From: Octopus vulgaris
Taxonomy: Eukaryota
Assembly (NCBI GenBank): GCA_951406725.2
Contig: OX597839.1
Span: 27,652,001 to 27,716,000, forward strand
Direction: 5' to 3'
Length of the DNA stretch: 64,000 bases
Position numbers and translations under genes: made by a program. Shown here piece by piece: positions 1 to 14,293 of this stretch (position 1 is its first letter; the number at the start of each line of letters is the position of its first letter). The notes under the pieces were generated by a model. The model had not been told where the DNA came from. It worked only from the letters and a program-made list of their open reading frames with translations, and did no database searches.

Positions 1-229
1 GAACCGTCAGAATGGTCGGTTTCTGTCCTACTGCGTAGCACTTTAGGAAACTGCCTTTTTCTATAGCCCCGGACCGACCAAAGTCTTGCAAGTGGAGAAA
101 CTTGGAATCAAGTACCCCTACCAACCGGATAACCTTCAACTTTATCTATCCAAAGGGTTTTTCAACCCGATATCTACATGTTATTATTTATAGCTTTAAT
201 GTGTGCTTCGAGATCCAGTTTCAAAATAA

Positions 230-846
230 TTATAATTTCTACTCTAGGCACAAGGCCTGCCTTGAAAATCTTTTGGAGAAGGGGGCTAGTCAATTATATC
301 GACCCCGGGGTGTAACTGGTACTTATTTCATTGACTCCGAAAGGATGAAGGGCAAAGTCGACCTCGGCGGAATTTGAGCTCAGAACGTAGCGGCAGACGA
401 AATACCGCTAAGCATTTCGCCCGACATGCTAACGATTCTGCCAGCCCCTCGCCGCCTTCCGGTTCCAAAATAATTACCTTTTCTACTGTATGCACAAGGC
501 CTCAAATTTGGGGGAAAGGATTAAGTCGATTACATCGACCCCAGTACGTAACTGGTACTTTATTTATCGACCCCGAAAGGATGAAAGGCAAAGTCGACCT
601 TGGCAGAATTTGAACTCAGAACGTAGCGACGGGTGAAATACCTATTTCTTTACTGCCCACAAGGGGCTACACACAGAGGGGACAAACAAGGACATACATA
701 GGTATTAAGTCGATTACATCGACCCCAGTGCGTAACTGGTACTTAATTTATCGACCCCGAAAGGATGAAAGGCAAAGTCGACCTCGGCGGAATTTGAACT
801 CACAACGTAACGCAGACGAAATACCGCTAAGCATTTCGCCCGCCTT
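230..846 (-). mobile_element. Cluster of SINE family B copies (tRNA-like head, GACTTTGCCTTTCATCCTTTCGGGGTCGAT body)
   Basis: Reverse complement of the AAGGCGGCGAGCTGGCAGAA...GAGTTCAAATTCCGCCGAGGTCGACTTTGCC repeat that recurs throughout the window. A target-like motif TCC(A/G)GTT(T/C)CAA(A/C)ATAAT occurs at about 214, 458 and 846. Confidence 0.85.
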
Positions 847-1149
847 CCAGTTCCAACATAATCACGCAACGTTCTCTTGGAAGTTTCTAAATTCTTATAA
901 CGTCAACAACACACAATTCTCACTGATAAGAAAAAAGTTTCTGAAACAAATTAAAAAATTCAAAGCATTGTTTTGGTATAATGGGAGAACGGCTCTCATG
1001 CTTACAGGAGATATGGGTTCCAGTCTCGGGGACAACCTTTGACTTTTTCTATCCAAAATGTGTTTTTCACCCCAATATTTACATCCTGTGATTTATAACT
1101 TTATGCCTGCTTCGAGATCCAGTTAGAATTTTTAAAAAATAAGACAATT

Positions 1150-1210
1150 AAATGGCGGTGCCCCAGCATGGCCACAGCTCAAGAGCTAAAACTGGAAAAC
1201 ATAAAATAAT
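1150..1210 (+). mobile_element. Short retroposon 3' tail (GGCGGTGCCCCAGCATGGCCACAGCTC...)
   Basis: Near-identical to the tail fused to the tRNA-iMet (54743-54802, minus strand) and similar to the SINE A 3' end. Confidence 0.7.
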
Positions 1211-2491
1211 TATATTCCACGTTCTTTCGAAAGTTTGTAAATTCTTTTGACGTCAACTTTGGGTGCGCGCGCGCGTGTGTACGTATATATGTATGTTTGT
1301 GTGTGTATGTGTGCGTATGTGTGTGTATTTGCTTGTATTGGTACTGGGGTGTGTATGTGTTTTTGTGTTTGTATTGGTATTAGTGTGTGTGCATGTATGC
1401 ATGTACGTAGATATGCATGTGTATGCGTGTGTATATTTGTTTGCTTGTATTCGTATTGGTGTGTGTATGTATGTATTCGTGTATGTGTATGTGTATGTGT
1501 GTATGGGTATGTGTGTGTGTGTGAATGTCTGTGCTTGTAGTGGTATTGGGGGCGGTGTATGTGTGTTTTTGTGTTTGTAATGATATTGTGGGCGGTGTGC
1601 GTGCGTGTGCACGTGTGTGTGTGTGTATGTGTACACCCTTTTGTTTGTGTGCCTTCGGTGTGGATGTGTCTGTGTATCTATATAAATGTTTGTATAGTAT
1701 TATATTTTGAAGTAATCGATACCGAAAAAGTAAAGAACACTTCGCGTTTTGAAGTAACATTTTACTTTCACTTTCACATTGCGTCTAAGCTTGGGATTAT
1801 GCATGTACATATGCTTGTATATGCGTATGCATACATATATGTATGATATGTATGTATATATTTTTCTGTGTTAGTATACGTACAGATATATATGTGGTTA
1901 TTTTAGCTGTCGTTTTTCACGTTGTGGCCGCCATTGTTGTATGCGTGTATGTGTGCGTGTATGTATGTTTATATGTAAATATACATGGGTAAGTAACCAT
2001 GCATGTATGCAAGTAAGATTATATGCATGAATGTACGTAGGCATGCATATATGCCTGTATTTATTTATGTAATAATGCATGCATTTATGTATGTATATAC
2101 GTATATATACACTGATGTATATGTATATATATGTGTGTGTATGTGTGTAACATATATATATATATATGTGTAACATATATGTAGTATATAACATATATGT
2201 AAGATGCTTCATATATATGCGCATATATATAAACATATGTGCTTGTGTTTGTGTGTATATATATGTGTGTATATATATGTGTGTATATATATGTGTGTAT
2301 ATGTATGTACGTATATATGCATGTATGTACATACGTACGTATAAATGTATATATGTACGTGTGTATTATGTATATACGTACGTATATATTATGTATATGT
2401 ATGTATTATTTATTTATGTATGTATGTATCTATGTATGTTTGTATATATGTACCTATGTATGTAATTATGTACTATGTATATGCATGTATC

Positions 2492-2523
<32 letters not shown>

Positions 2524-2880
2524 CAAAAAGCAATAAAGATTCAAGTTAATTTAAATGAATTTACTTGAATATGGTACCTAACTTAGATGCACCATATATA
2601 TATATGTTTGTATGTATGTATGTACGTATGTATGTATGTATGTGTGTGTATGTATGTCTGTATGTATGTCTGTATATATGTATGTATGTATGTATGTGTA
2701 TGTATGTATGTATGTATGTAGGTATGTGTGTGTGTATGTATGTATGTGTGTGTGTGTATGTATGTATGTATATATGTATGTATGTATATATGTATGTATG
2801 TGTATGTATGTATGTATGTATGTATGTATGTATGTATGTATGTATATATGTATGTATGTATGTATGTGTATATACGTATG

Positions 2881-2913
<33 letters not shown>

Positions 2914-3599
2914 CTGTCTGTATGTCTACAAATCATTCTTTCTGAACAACAACAACAACCTCTCCAAACATCTGCGTGTTTTCCATTCCAGTTTTGTTGT
3001 ATTCCTGAAGAAGTCAGTGAAATGTAGCTTCTTCCCATTGTATTTGGCAGACGATGCTCAGAACGGACCAATGAACGCTCACTAACCACCGCACAATACA
3101 CACACAATACAGACAGACTCTGTAGTAAACTGGTGGTGATTGTTAGTTGTTGTTGTGTTGCTCTTACTGTCGTTGTTGCCGTCGTCGTCGTCGTCGTTTT
3201 TGTTGTTCTTGTTTTTTCTGTTGCTCTTCATCATCGTCATCACCACCACCACCACCACCACCACCATCATCCTCCTCCTCCTCCTCTTCTTCTTCTTCTT
3301 CTTCTTCTTCTTTTTCTTTTTCTTCTTCTTTTTCTTCTTCTTCTTTTTCTTCTTCTTCTTCTTTTTTCTTCTTCTTCTTCTCCTCCTTCTCCATCTTCAT
3401 CCTCTTCCTCTTCTTCTTCGTTTTCTTCGTTTTCAGCTTCTTCTTCTTTTCCTCCTCCTCTTCCCCTTCTTTTCTCTTTTCTCTCTTCAACCTCTTCCTC
3501 CTCCTCTACCTCCTCCTCTACCTCCTCCTCTTTTTTCTTCTTTCTCTTCTTCTTCATCTTCCTTCTCCTCTCCCTTCTCCTCTCCTTCCTCTTCTGTCC

Positions 3600-4630
3600 T
3601 AAAATTCATCGAGGACAAAGTATCTTATAGGATCTCATCCCTATTCCGCCAGTAAAGAATTATTCGAACAACATGCTGAATATTACAACTGCGCCTTACA
3701 ACGCACCGGATATAAAAAAAAATCCGATTGAATACCTCCCTATATGGTGTGACCCTGCCTCCACTGAACCTTGCACAACAGATACATCTGCCCCTTTAAA
3801 TAAAACACGGCGTATTCCCCGTATTACATCGTCCCCTACCCCCACTCAAAACTAATAGACAATCCTCCCACCATGTGATCCTGGATCCCAAACCTGCCGT
3901 TGCTCATCGAAATCCACACCAACGTGCACCATCATACTCCAAGCGTTGCTCGAGTAGCCCCCTAAACCGAAATAAGCAAACCAGGACACGAGACGTTATC
4001 TGGTTCCATCTCACCCCCCCCCCCCTTTGCTATTAATATTCAGTACCCAAGCTCTTCTTTGCTCTACTTGAAAAACATTTCCCTAAGTCCAGTTCCCTTG
4101 GCAAAATCTTCAACCCCCAAACGATCAAATTTTCCTACTCCACTACAACTAACAGTGCTGGTATAATTCGACGCCGGAACAATAAGGAACTTGAGAATAT
4201 TATATACAGATGCATGGTATCAACTGAGAATTCTAATTATGTATTCATCGGCTCGTACAACATCACCTTCAAGGTCAGAGTAGGTAACCACTATTCTAGC
4301 TTCAAATTCAAGGTCAGAGTAGGTAACCACTATTCTAGCTTCAAATTCAAGGTCAGAGTAGGTAACCACTATTCTAGCTTCAAATTCAAGGTCAGAGTAG
4401 GTAACCACTATTCTAGCTTCAAATTCCAAGGAAGAACTAACGATGTTTATTTTATCTCGGCTAATTCATAACCTAAAACAAAACTCAATTCTATATACTT
4501 AAAATGGTCCATTTTTACCCATGCCAAACCATATAACGATTACAACAACAAATGCGATCTATGCATCGCGGAAGTCTTTTCTATTATGCAATCCAACAAT
4601 TGTCTGAATGAAAGAAACAATTTAAATTTG
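3600..4630 (+). pseudogene. Penelope-like element remnant (RT thumb/linker and GIY-YIG endonuclease)
   Basis: Frameshifted translation gives SKELFEQHAEYYNCALQRTGY, RDVIWF..PPF, LLEKHFPKSSSLGKIFNPQTIKFSYS, NIIYRCMVSTENSNYVFIGSYNITFKVRVGNHYSSF and LKWSIFTHAKPYNDYNNKCDLCIAE...LNER. These match the PLE linker and GIY-YIG pattern. Confidence 0.85.
4268..4423 (+). repeat. Perfect 39-bp tandem repeat x4
   Basis: TTCAAGGTCAGAGTAGGTAACCACTATTCTAGCTTCAAA repeated four times in frame (FKVRVGNHYSSFK). Confidence 0.97.
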
Positions 4631-4635
4631 TGTAT

Positions 4636-5064
4636 AGGCGCAGGAGTGGCTGTGTGGTAAGTAGCTTGCTAACCAACCACATGGTTCCGGGTTCAATCCC
4701 ACTGCTTGGCATCTTGGGCAAGTGTCTTCTGCTATAGCCCCGGGCCGACCAATGCCTTGTGAGTGGATTTGGTAGACGGAAACTGAAAAAAGTCTGTCGT
4801 ATATATATGTATACATATATATGTATGTGTGTGTGTTTGTGTGTCTGTGTTTGTTCCCCTAGCATTGCTTGACAACCGATGCTGGTGTGTTTACGTTCCC
4901 GTCACTTAGCGGTTCGGCAAAAAGAGACCGATAGAATAAGTACTGGGCTTACAAAAAGAATAAGACCCGGGGCCGAGTTGCTCGATTAAAGGCGGTGCTC
5001 CAGCATGGCCGCAGTCAAATGACTGAAACAAGTAAAAGAGTAAAAGAGTAAAAGAGTAAAAGAG
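4636..5064 (+). mobile_element. SINE family A (tRNA-derived head, internal TA/TG microsatellite, GTAAAAGA tail)
   Basis: A box TGGCTGTGTGG, B box GGTTCAATCCC, CORE-like CTTGGGCAAGTGTCTT and repeated GTAAAAGA tail; about 11 copies in the window. Confidence 0.92.
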
Positions 5065-5585
5065 TATAGATTATGTAGCGCATTCTCAAAGTACATATAG
5101 TAGCGCCTCTTCCCTCTTCCCTACTATTCCCTAACTACTCCTCCGCGCCCACTTGCAGCTCTTCCATACATTTAAAGCAGACGACTTTCTAACTACCATC
5201 ATATTTTTTCTTAACTTCTCGATCTCTTTACATCTTTCTCTCTGCACATGAGAATATGCAGACGCGTGTGTGCACCCCGATAGGATACTACAGACGCACA
5301 GAGAAAATACAAACGGGTACGCGAATATGCGTATGTATAGTTTTACTATTAATTGATAAACCACCGATTTATCGAGAACTACTGTGTTCCCTTATTGACC
5401 GGAAACTTTATCTCCCACCTCCCTCTCTTTCTTCTTCTGTTCTAACAGATTCACCTTACAACTACGCCTAAACTTTCACTTTCTCTTCTTCTCCTGACAA
5501 TTTTACCGCCAAAATTCCTCCCTTTTATTTCCTTTGATTCCTTTTAAATATATAAACCCGGGGCCCACAATATATTTATTTATTT

Positions 5586-5849
5586 AGGGAAGCCAGCTGG
5601 CAGAATCGTTAGCACGTCGGCCGAAATGCATAGCGGTATTTCGTCTGCCGCTACGTTCTGTGTTCAAACTCTGCCGAGGTCGGCTTTGCCATTCATCCTT
5701 TCGGGATCGATTAAGTAAGTACCAGTTACGCACTGGGGTCGATATAATCGACTTAATCCGTTTGTCTGTCCTTGTTTGTCCCCTCTATGTTTAACCCCAG
5801 CATCGGAAGTCAAGCGATGGTGGTGGTGGGGAACAAACACAGACGCACG

Positions 5850-5928
<79 letters not shown>

Positions 5929-5979
5929 TTGTGCGCCATATAAGTGAATTTGGTAGACGGAAACTGAAAGAAGTCTGTC

Positions 5980-6011
<32 letters not shown>

Positions 6012-6135
6012 GATAGACTTCTTCCGTCTACCAAATCCGCTCACATGGCTTTGGTCGACCCGAGACTATAGTGGAAGACACTTGCCCAAGGTGCCACGCA
6101 GTGGGATTGAAACTGGAACTTACTACAAAGCCATG
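5586..6135. mobile_element. SINE B (+) joined tail-to-tail with a partial SINE A (-)
   Basis: SINE B sequence from 5586 to about 5795 runs directly into the reverse complement of the SINE A body. Confidence 0.8.
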
Positions 6136-6481
6136 TCTATATATATATATATATATTTGCGTTTGATGTATCTTTTTATCTACATACTTGTGTACTTTTC
6201 TCTTAGAACACGCATACTTGAATAATGTTTTATGTGTGTGTGTGTGTGTGTGTGTATGTGTGTGTGTGTGTGTGTATGTGTGTGTGTGTGTGTGTGTACA
6301 AGTACTATCTATTACTCCTGTATTACATTTGTTTGTGTATGTTAAATTGTGTATGCGTTGTACGCAATATATCGTAGCATCAATATATTAAGCGCCATCG
6401 TCAGAAGGAGGATAAATTACAATCTCAATGATATTTTAATCTTTATTCTCTGTTTCTCTAATTCTCTCTCACCCTCCCTCT

Positions 6482-6521
<40 letters not shown>

Positions 6522-6654
6522 CTCTCTTTATCTATCTATCTTTCTTTCTTTTTCTTTCTTTCTCCCTCTTCGAAAAGCTAATGATAGCTAAGTCGAACTT
6601 AATGTCCGCCATAACTCACGTCTCAGCTATCAGATGATCAGATGAATGAAACGA

Positions 6655-7592
<938 letters not shown>

Positions 7593-7849
7593 CGTTGGAT
7601 GGAGGTGGTGCTAATGGTAGAGACGGTCAGCTGTTGGCGGAGTGCTCCCACCAACGCCAACCTTTGTGGAGCTACGTTAGCAATAATATTTCAGTGCATC
7701 TAATTATAATCACAGCCTAAAAACACGGACGCATGCACGCACGCGCGCACACAGATACATACATGATGGCTGATCACTCATCATGGTGAAAGACCATCAC
7801 TGACCATTACCTACATGACCCTTAGCTAATTAGTATTGCACCTGCGGTC

Positions 7850-8473
7850 AAGGCGGCGAGCTGGCAGAAACGTTAGCACGCCGGACGAAATACTTAGCGG
7901 TATTTCGTCTGTCTTTATGTTCTGAGGTCAAATTCCGCCGAGGTCGACTTTGCCTTTCATCCTTTCGGGGTCGATAAATTAAGTACCAGTTACGCACTGG
8001 GGTCGATGTAATCGACTTAATCCGTTTGTCTGTCCTTGTTTGTCCCCTCTATGTTTAGCCCCTTGAAGGTAATAAAGAAATAGGTATTTCGTCTGTCTTT
8101 ACATTCTGAGTTCAAATTCCGCCGAGGTCGACTTTGCCTTTCATCTTTTCGAGGTCAATAAATTAAGTACCAGTTGCATACTGGAGTCAATCTAATCGAC
8201 TGCCCCCCCCTCCCCAAAATTTCGGGCCTGGTGCCTAGAGTAGAACAGATTATTGTTAAGAATGCAGCGAGCTGGCAGAGTCGTTAGCGCGCCGGGCGAA
8301 ATACTTAATGTTATTTCGTTTGCCGTCACGTTCCGAGTTCGAATTCCGCCGAGGTCGACTTTGCCTTTCATCCTTTTGGGGGTCGATAAACTAAGTACCA
8401 GTTGCGTACTGGAGTCGATCTAATCGACTGATCCCCTCCCTCAAAGTTTCAGTCCTTGTACCTACTGTAGAAA
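7850..8473 (+). mobile_element. Composite of three SINE B units inside one 18-bp target duplication
   Basis: AGTATTGCACCTGCGGTC at 7832-7849 and 8474-8491 brackets three SINE B bodies. Confidence 0.85.
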
Positions 8474-8879
8474 AGTATTGCACCTGCGGTCGGCTTCACC
8501 TGGGTTGACGCCCACGTTTCCCTCCTACACGGCCGAACATCGGAAAGTTTCTTCGCCGGTGATTACGCAACCTAAACTTTTAGGCCCAATAAGGATCATA
8601 CAATAACCTCACAGACTTTAAAATCGAACTGTACTCTTCAAAACTTGCACTAAGAATAAGGAAAAATTATTACCTGTTTTATAGCAAGTTGATGCAGGTA
8701 GTTTATCCCGTCCCCCTCCGACTTTTAGTTCATACAATTGAAAAAACCGCATTATTTATGGGATGACTTAATATCTTATATATGGTATTTATATATAAAG
8801 ATTTTACCTGTCTATTTTGTACCAACTACAGTTTTTTACCTCCACAAACTAAATAATATGGCTTTGTGCTAAAATTGAC

Positions 8880-9074
8880 GGGCAGAGTGAACTTATGGCA
8901 TCAGGTTCACGAAAATCTTGCAAAACGAATCGATCTTTGCATTACAAATGGTGGAAATCATATTGAAGATGTTATTTGGGAATATTCCAATTGAATAAAA
9001 TGTTGGAAATTTTACATGTATTTCTTGAAAATATACATTTTGCGTATATGCCGAGACTTTAAGAATATCCTGTA
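8880..9074 (+). mobile_element. Tc1/mariner-superfamily 3' end remnant
   Basis: Translates to VHENLAKRIDLCITNGGNHIEDVI (typical Tc transposase C-terminus) and ends ...TTAAGAATATCCTG|TA like a terminal repeat. Confidence 0.55.
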
Positions 9075-9189
9075 TATATAAGATGGGAGCTTGACGGGAT
9101 CATAAAATTTACGTTTAGAGCCTTCATATTATCATTACATATGTATATATAAATTAAATTGTTCATGTTTGTTCATATTTGTTAAATTG

Positions 9190-9562
9190 TTCATATTTCA
9201 AACTCCACCCGTCTAACACCCGTGGACATATTTACAAAGTAAGAAAACAGCACAGCTCCTTCCATGACTTCAGGAAACATTTTTTCAGGCTGAGAGTTGC
9301 TGAAGCATGGAACAAACTGCCGGCATCAGTTGTTGGTTGTCGGAGCACTGCATCCTTCAAAACTTCCATGCTTCCTGAGATTCGCCAACACTACACCTGA
9401 TTTTCTCCCCTCCATACACACACAAGCATGTATCTGACTCATATATTGTTCGCTTTCCAGACATTTTTACATTACTGCATGTGCTTTATATGCACTTTCT
9501 GACAAGTTGTGGTGCACTTGAGCACTGTATACAATAATTTCATTATTATATTATTATTATAT
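9190..9562 (+). mobile_element. CR1-type LINE 3' end
   Basis: FKLHPSNTRGHIYKVRKQ...RKHFFRLRVAEAWNKLPASVV...FK followed by a UTR and an (ATT)n tail. Confidence 0.85.
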
Positions 9563-10416
9563 TTTAAGTTCATTCTATGGCTGACAGTTTGGGTGAGCCA
9601 AGCCGAACTAAGCCGAGCTGAGCCGAGCCGAGCCGAACCGAGCCACGTCTCTTATGATACATTCAACGTTATTACAATATAATGAAATGTTATAAAGTAC
9701 GCTAACAGCGGAAGGCTGTTTGTATTGATGTCACCGACACACACACACACACACGCACACACACAATACACACACACACACGCACACACACGCACCCACA
9801 CACACAGATTCGCATAAAACTATACCTGCGGCAAGTGATATACAATTGCGTTTTCTGTATCGTGTTATTTATATTAAAAACGTGAAAAGACCTCCTGGTA
9901 ATTAACATGGCTGCCACCTTCTCTAATCAGCGTTCAAAACACGCTTCCGGGTTTGTTGTTAATAAGAAAAAAAACATAGTAAATTTTCTTTGTGTTTTTC
10001 TAATAAATCATTTATGCTAATTTATGATTGGATGTATTACTTACTGTGCTCTATTTTACACGGATTTCGTTGATAAGTGATTGAATGTAATATATATAAT
10101 ATGCTCTGTTTTATACGGATTTCAGTCATAAATTATTCATCCGTTATGTAATCAAAACGTTGCTGTTCCTTTCGTTATTGTTTGTTATATTTTTGTTTGT
10201 CTTGTTTTTAGCTTCAGGGTAGCACTGATAGGGCAAATCTATTATCAAACGCAGTCAACCGTGGCAAACCATTAATTCAATTTTTTTCCCTCTCTCTCAA
10301 TAGAGACTTATACCCAGATTTCCATCAATTAATTCGTATCCTTCACCTTTTTAAAACGTGATGCGTGATTTGAGGGAAACATATTTGCTACTTCGCGCAG
10401 GTTAACCTAACCTACC

Positions 10417-10649
10417 TATTTCTTTATTACCCACAAGGGGCTAAACACAGAGGGGACAAACAAGGACAGATATAGGTATTAAGTCGATTACATCGACCCC
10501 AGTGCGTAACTGGTACTTTATTTATCGACCCCGAGAGGATGAAAGGTAAAGTCGACCTCGGCGGAATTTGAACTCAGAACGTAACGACAGACGAAATACC
10601 GCTAAGCATTTCGCCCGGCGTGCTAACGTTTCTGCCAGCTCGCCGCCTT
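10417..10649 (-). mobile_element. SINE B with 18-bp TSD
   Basis: TSD AGGTTAACCTAACCTACC at 10399-10416 and 10650-10667. Confidence 0.92.
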
Positions 10650-10709
10650 AGGTTAACCTAACCTACCGCGTTACGATTCCCCATGTTGCTGCCACAGTAT
10701 AAACGTCTA

Positions 10710-11113
10710 TACTCTCTCTTTTACTCTTTTACTTGTTTCAGTCATTTGACTGTGGCCATGCTGGAGCACCGCCTTTAGTCGAGCAAATCGACCCCAGGAC
10801 TTATTCTTTGCAAGCCTAGTACTTATTCTATCGGTTTCTTTTCTCGAACCGCTAAGTGACGGGGACGTAAACACACCAGCATCGGTTGTCAAGCGATGTT
10901 GGGGTGACAAACACAAATACACAAGCATATATACACACGCATACATATATATACACATATATACGACGGGCTTATTTCATTTTCCGTCTACCAAGTCCAC
11001 TCACAAGGCTTTGGTCGGCCCGAGGCTATAGTAGAAGACACTTGAGCAAGGTGTCACACAGTGGGACTGAACCCGGAACCATGTGGTTGGGAAGCAAGCT
11101 ACTTACCACACAG

Positions 11114-11115
<2 letters not shown>
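10710..11115 (-). mobile_element. SINE A
   Basis: Reverse complement of the SINE A consensus. Confidence 0.9.
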
Positions 11116-11195
<80 letters not shown>

Positions 11196-11382
11196 TAAGC
11201 AATTAAGGGTTTAGCAACGAATTGCCTTACCACACACCGAATTTAGAAATAGCAGTCAAAGAGATTATAGCTATTTCTTCTACTAAAAGGGAGATCACAG
11301 TAAAGACACAGCATTTGAAAGGCAAATACAAACAGGTAAGAGAGAATGAATTAACGGCAATCTATCATACAGTTTTAAGTCA

Positions 11383-11474
11383 CCTACGGACGTACGTTTC
11401 GAGATCAAGTCTTAGGAAAGCATAAGAATTAGATAACTCTACCTTACCCAGACTTCTTCTTTCATCAGCGCAGG
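11383..11474 (-). ncRNA. Minimal type I hammerhead ribozyme
   Basis: Minus strand reads CCTGCG-CTGATGA-[long stem II with AAGTCT..AGACTT]-GAAAC-GTAC-GTC-CGTAGG. Stem I is CCUGCG/CGUAGG and loop 3 is palindromic. Confidence 0.8.
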
Positions 11475-12224
11475 ATACAAACAATCATGAATGATTGAAT
11501 ATTGAATTTTGAGATACTAGAAGGCACCAACTCAACTCAGTATCAGAGCGAGCTAGAAGCCACAGCTAGTATCACCAAATTCAAAGTATGAATGAAAGCT
11601 TGTGTCACCAGTCCCTTCCCACCCGCGTGCAGCCAAGACAAAGTGCTGTGGTCATTTACTGGGATGAATATGGTTATGAGTAACAATGAAGGGTGAAATT
11701 AATTAATTTGGAATAATTATCAATTACACCAAGTATCACCAAATTCAAAGTATGAATGAAAGCTTGTGTCACCAGTCCCTTCCCCCGACAAGTATAATAG
11801 ATTGACAGAGACAGACAGACTCGTAAAATACTGATTGAGCAGATATATTATCAATCACATTTAACCGTGGCCATCCCATTTATTGTTTTTTTCTCAGCTG
11901 AGAGAGAGGTATATCTAGATTTCCATCAATTCATATGTATCTTTCACCTTTAAAAAGTTGCGTAATTAGAGAGAAAATATTTCTCCTATTTCCGGTAGAT
12001 TAATCAACTGTGTTAAGATTCTCTACGCTACCATCAGGGTATATTTGGTTAATGAAAGAAAACACTATACATGGCTTGTGTGTCTTTGTTGAATTTTTGT
12101 AGTTTCTATTTAATTTGTTGCGTGTATTTTTGTTTGTTTCATAGTTTGTTCCACTAAATCTGTTTTAGGCGCAGATATGGCAGTGTGGTAAGAAGCTTGC
12201 TTCCCTGCGCATGCGTGTTGTCAG

Positions 12225-13170
12225 TGTTGTTTGTTCGTACCACTGATAGAAGTCGTCACGCTGGCTTGCAGCAGACGAAAATTGATTGTAAATGAAGCTC
12301 TACTGTAAGGTAAGACTTTTGTTTTTTGTTTGCAGTAATTATTTTTGTACAAACAAGAAGACCTCACTGAATTCTAAACTCTAGTCTGCCTGCAGTGGAG
12401 TGCATAGTTTTTCTCACTTAATTTTGAGAATTATTGGGGGGGGGGGGGCGTATCCCGCTTCCAAAACTTCTTCACTTTTAGTGAAGTGTTCTTCTCACTT
12501 AATTTTGAGAATAGCTGGGGCGTAATTCACTTGCAAAATTTGTTCACTTTTGGTGATAGTGGTTTTTGTGAGATTTCAAGCTGTGTTCCAAGTTGTGGCG
12601 TTCCAGGTTCAAATTGGAGTACCTAATAAGGTCTGGAGTACCGAGTACCCAGAAGACTTTTTGCTGTTTTTGAACTGTAGTTCTCTTTTCTTCTATCTTA
12701 TATTTGTGACTTTCTTTATTGAACTGTTTACTTTTTTCTTCCTTCCTTTTTGTTGAGACTTTCTTTTTTATTTCTTTCTTTTTCTTCCTTCATTGTTTGA
12801 ATTTTATTGCTTGAACTGTTTTTGGAGTTCTAATTTAAAAGAAAAATCACGGCAGAGAACATGGACAATATAGTGGAGTGGGAAATTGTACCACTCAAAC
12901 AATGGTTGAAGGACTTCGAAGAGAAGACGGTGGTGTTGAGGACTTACTCCAAGTCGCTCGATACCATCGCCATATTTGAAAAAACTATGATTGAAAAAGA
13001 GTTGGCGGAGTATCTGCCAACTATTAAATTCATTTCCAGAGTCGGGGTGGGGGTCAAATACGCAACGGTGTTGTTGCTATTTGACAACCCTGAAGAGGCT
13101 CGCAAATCCTGCATGAAACAGGTTGGTTCGGATGGATTGGAAAACAGAGCGGAAGCGAAATACAGAGAAA
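12225..13170 (+). mobile_element. Possible L1/Tx1-type LINE 5' end with truncated ORF1
   Basis: Pyrimidine-rich leader followed by a complex ATG-initiated ORF at 12861 (MDNIVEWEIVPLKQWLKDFEEKTVVLRTYS...), cut by a SINE A. Family assignment is inference only. Confidence 0.4.
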
Positions 13171-13176
13171 AAAACA

Positions 13177-13593
13177 TACTCTTTTACACTTTACTCTTTT
13201 ACTTGTTTCAGTCATTTGACTGCGGCCATGCTGGAGCACCGCCTTTAGTCGAGCAAATCGACCCGGGGACTTATTCTTTGTAAGCCCAGTACTTATTCTA
13301 TCGGTCTCTTTTGACGAACCGCTAAGTGACGGGGACGTAAACACACCAGCATCGGTTGTCAAGCAATGCTAGGGAGACAAACACAAACACACACACACAT
13401 ACATATATATACATATATATACATATATACGACAGGCTTCTTTCAGTTTCCGTCTACCAAATCCACTCACAAGGCATTGGTCGGCCCGGGGCTATAGCAG
13501 AAGACACTTGCCCAAGATGCCACGCAGTGGGAATGAACCCGGAACCATGTGGTTGGTTAGCAAGCTACTTACCACACAGCCACTCCTGCGCCT
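13177..13593 (-). mobile_element. SINE A
   Basis: Full-length reverse-complement copy. Confidence 0.92.
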
Positions 13594-13828
13594 ATGTTTA
13601 GTTATGTAACTGAACTGTTAGTTGCGTCTAATGAATGAAAGAAAGCCTCGTACGATGTTAACTAAAATTACCAACGGCGTTTCGGCACCGTTTATCGCGT
13701 GCGTATATATGTGTATGTGTGTGTATTTGTATGTGTATGTCGTGTGCAAATACATACATACACACTTACATATATATACATATATATGTATATATATTCA
13801 TATCCACACAGGCACACACATATATACG

Positions 13829-13876
<48 letters not shown>

Positions 13877-14077
13877 CAGATATATATATGCATATGTATA
13901 CACACATATTTACACATATATAGATATATATGTGTCTGTAGGAATGTGTGTGTACATCTATATTTTTTTACATGGATTGATATATATGTACATACATATA
14001 CCTAAGTATATGGTACACATGTGTGTATGTGTGTATATATATGCATACACGGATTATATATATATATATATATATTA

Positions 14078-14293
<216 letters not shown>

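Noticed and set aside
4268-4423. CRISPR-like 39-bp repeats
   Set aside because: Units are directly adjacent with no spacers, in a eukaryotic context.
10255-12035. Similar segments at about 10255-10400 and 11860-12030 as a functional duplication
   Set aside because: Most simply two diverged copies of an old dispersed repeat.
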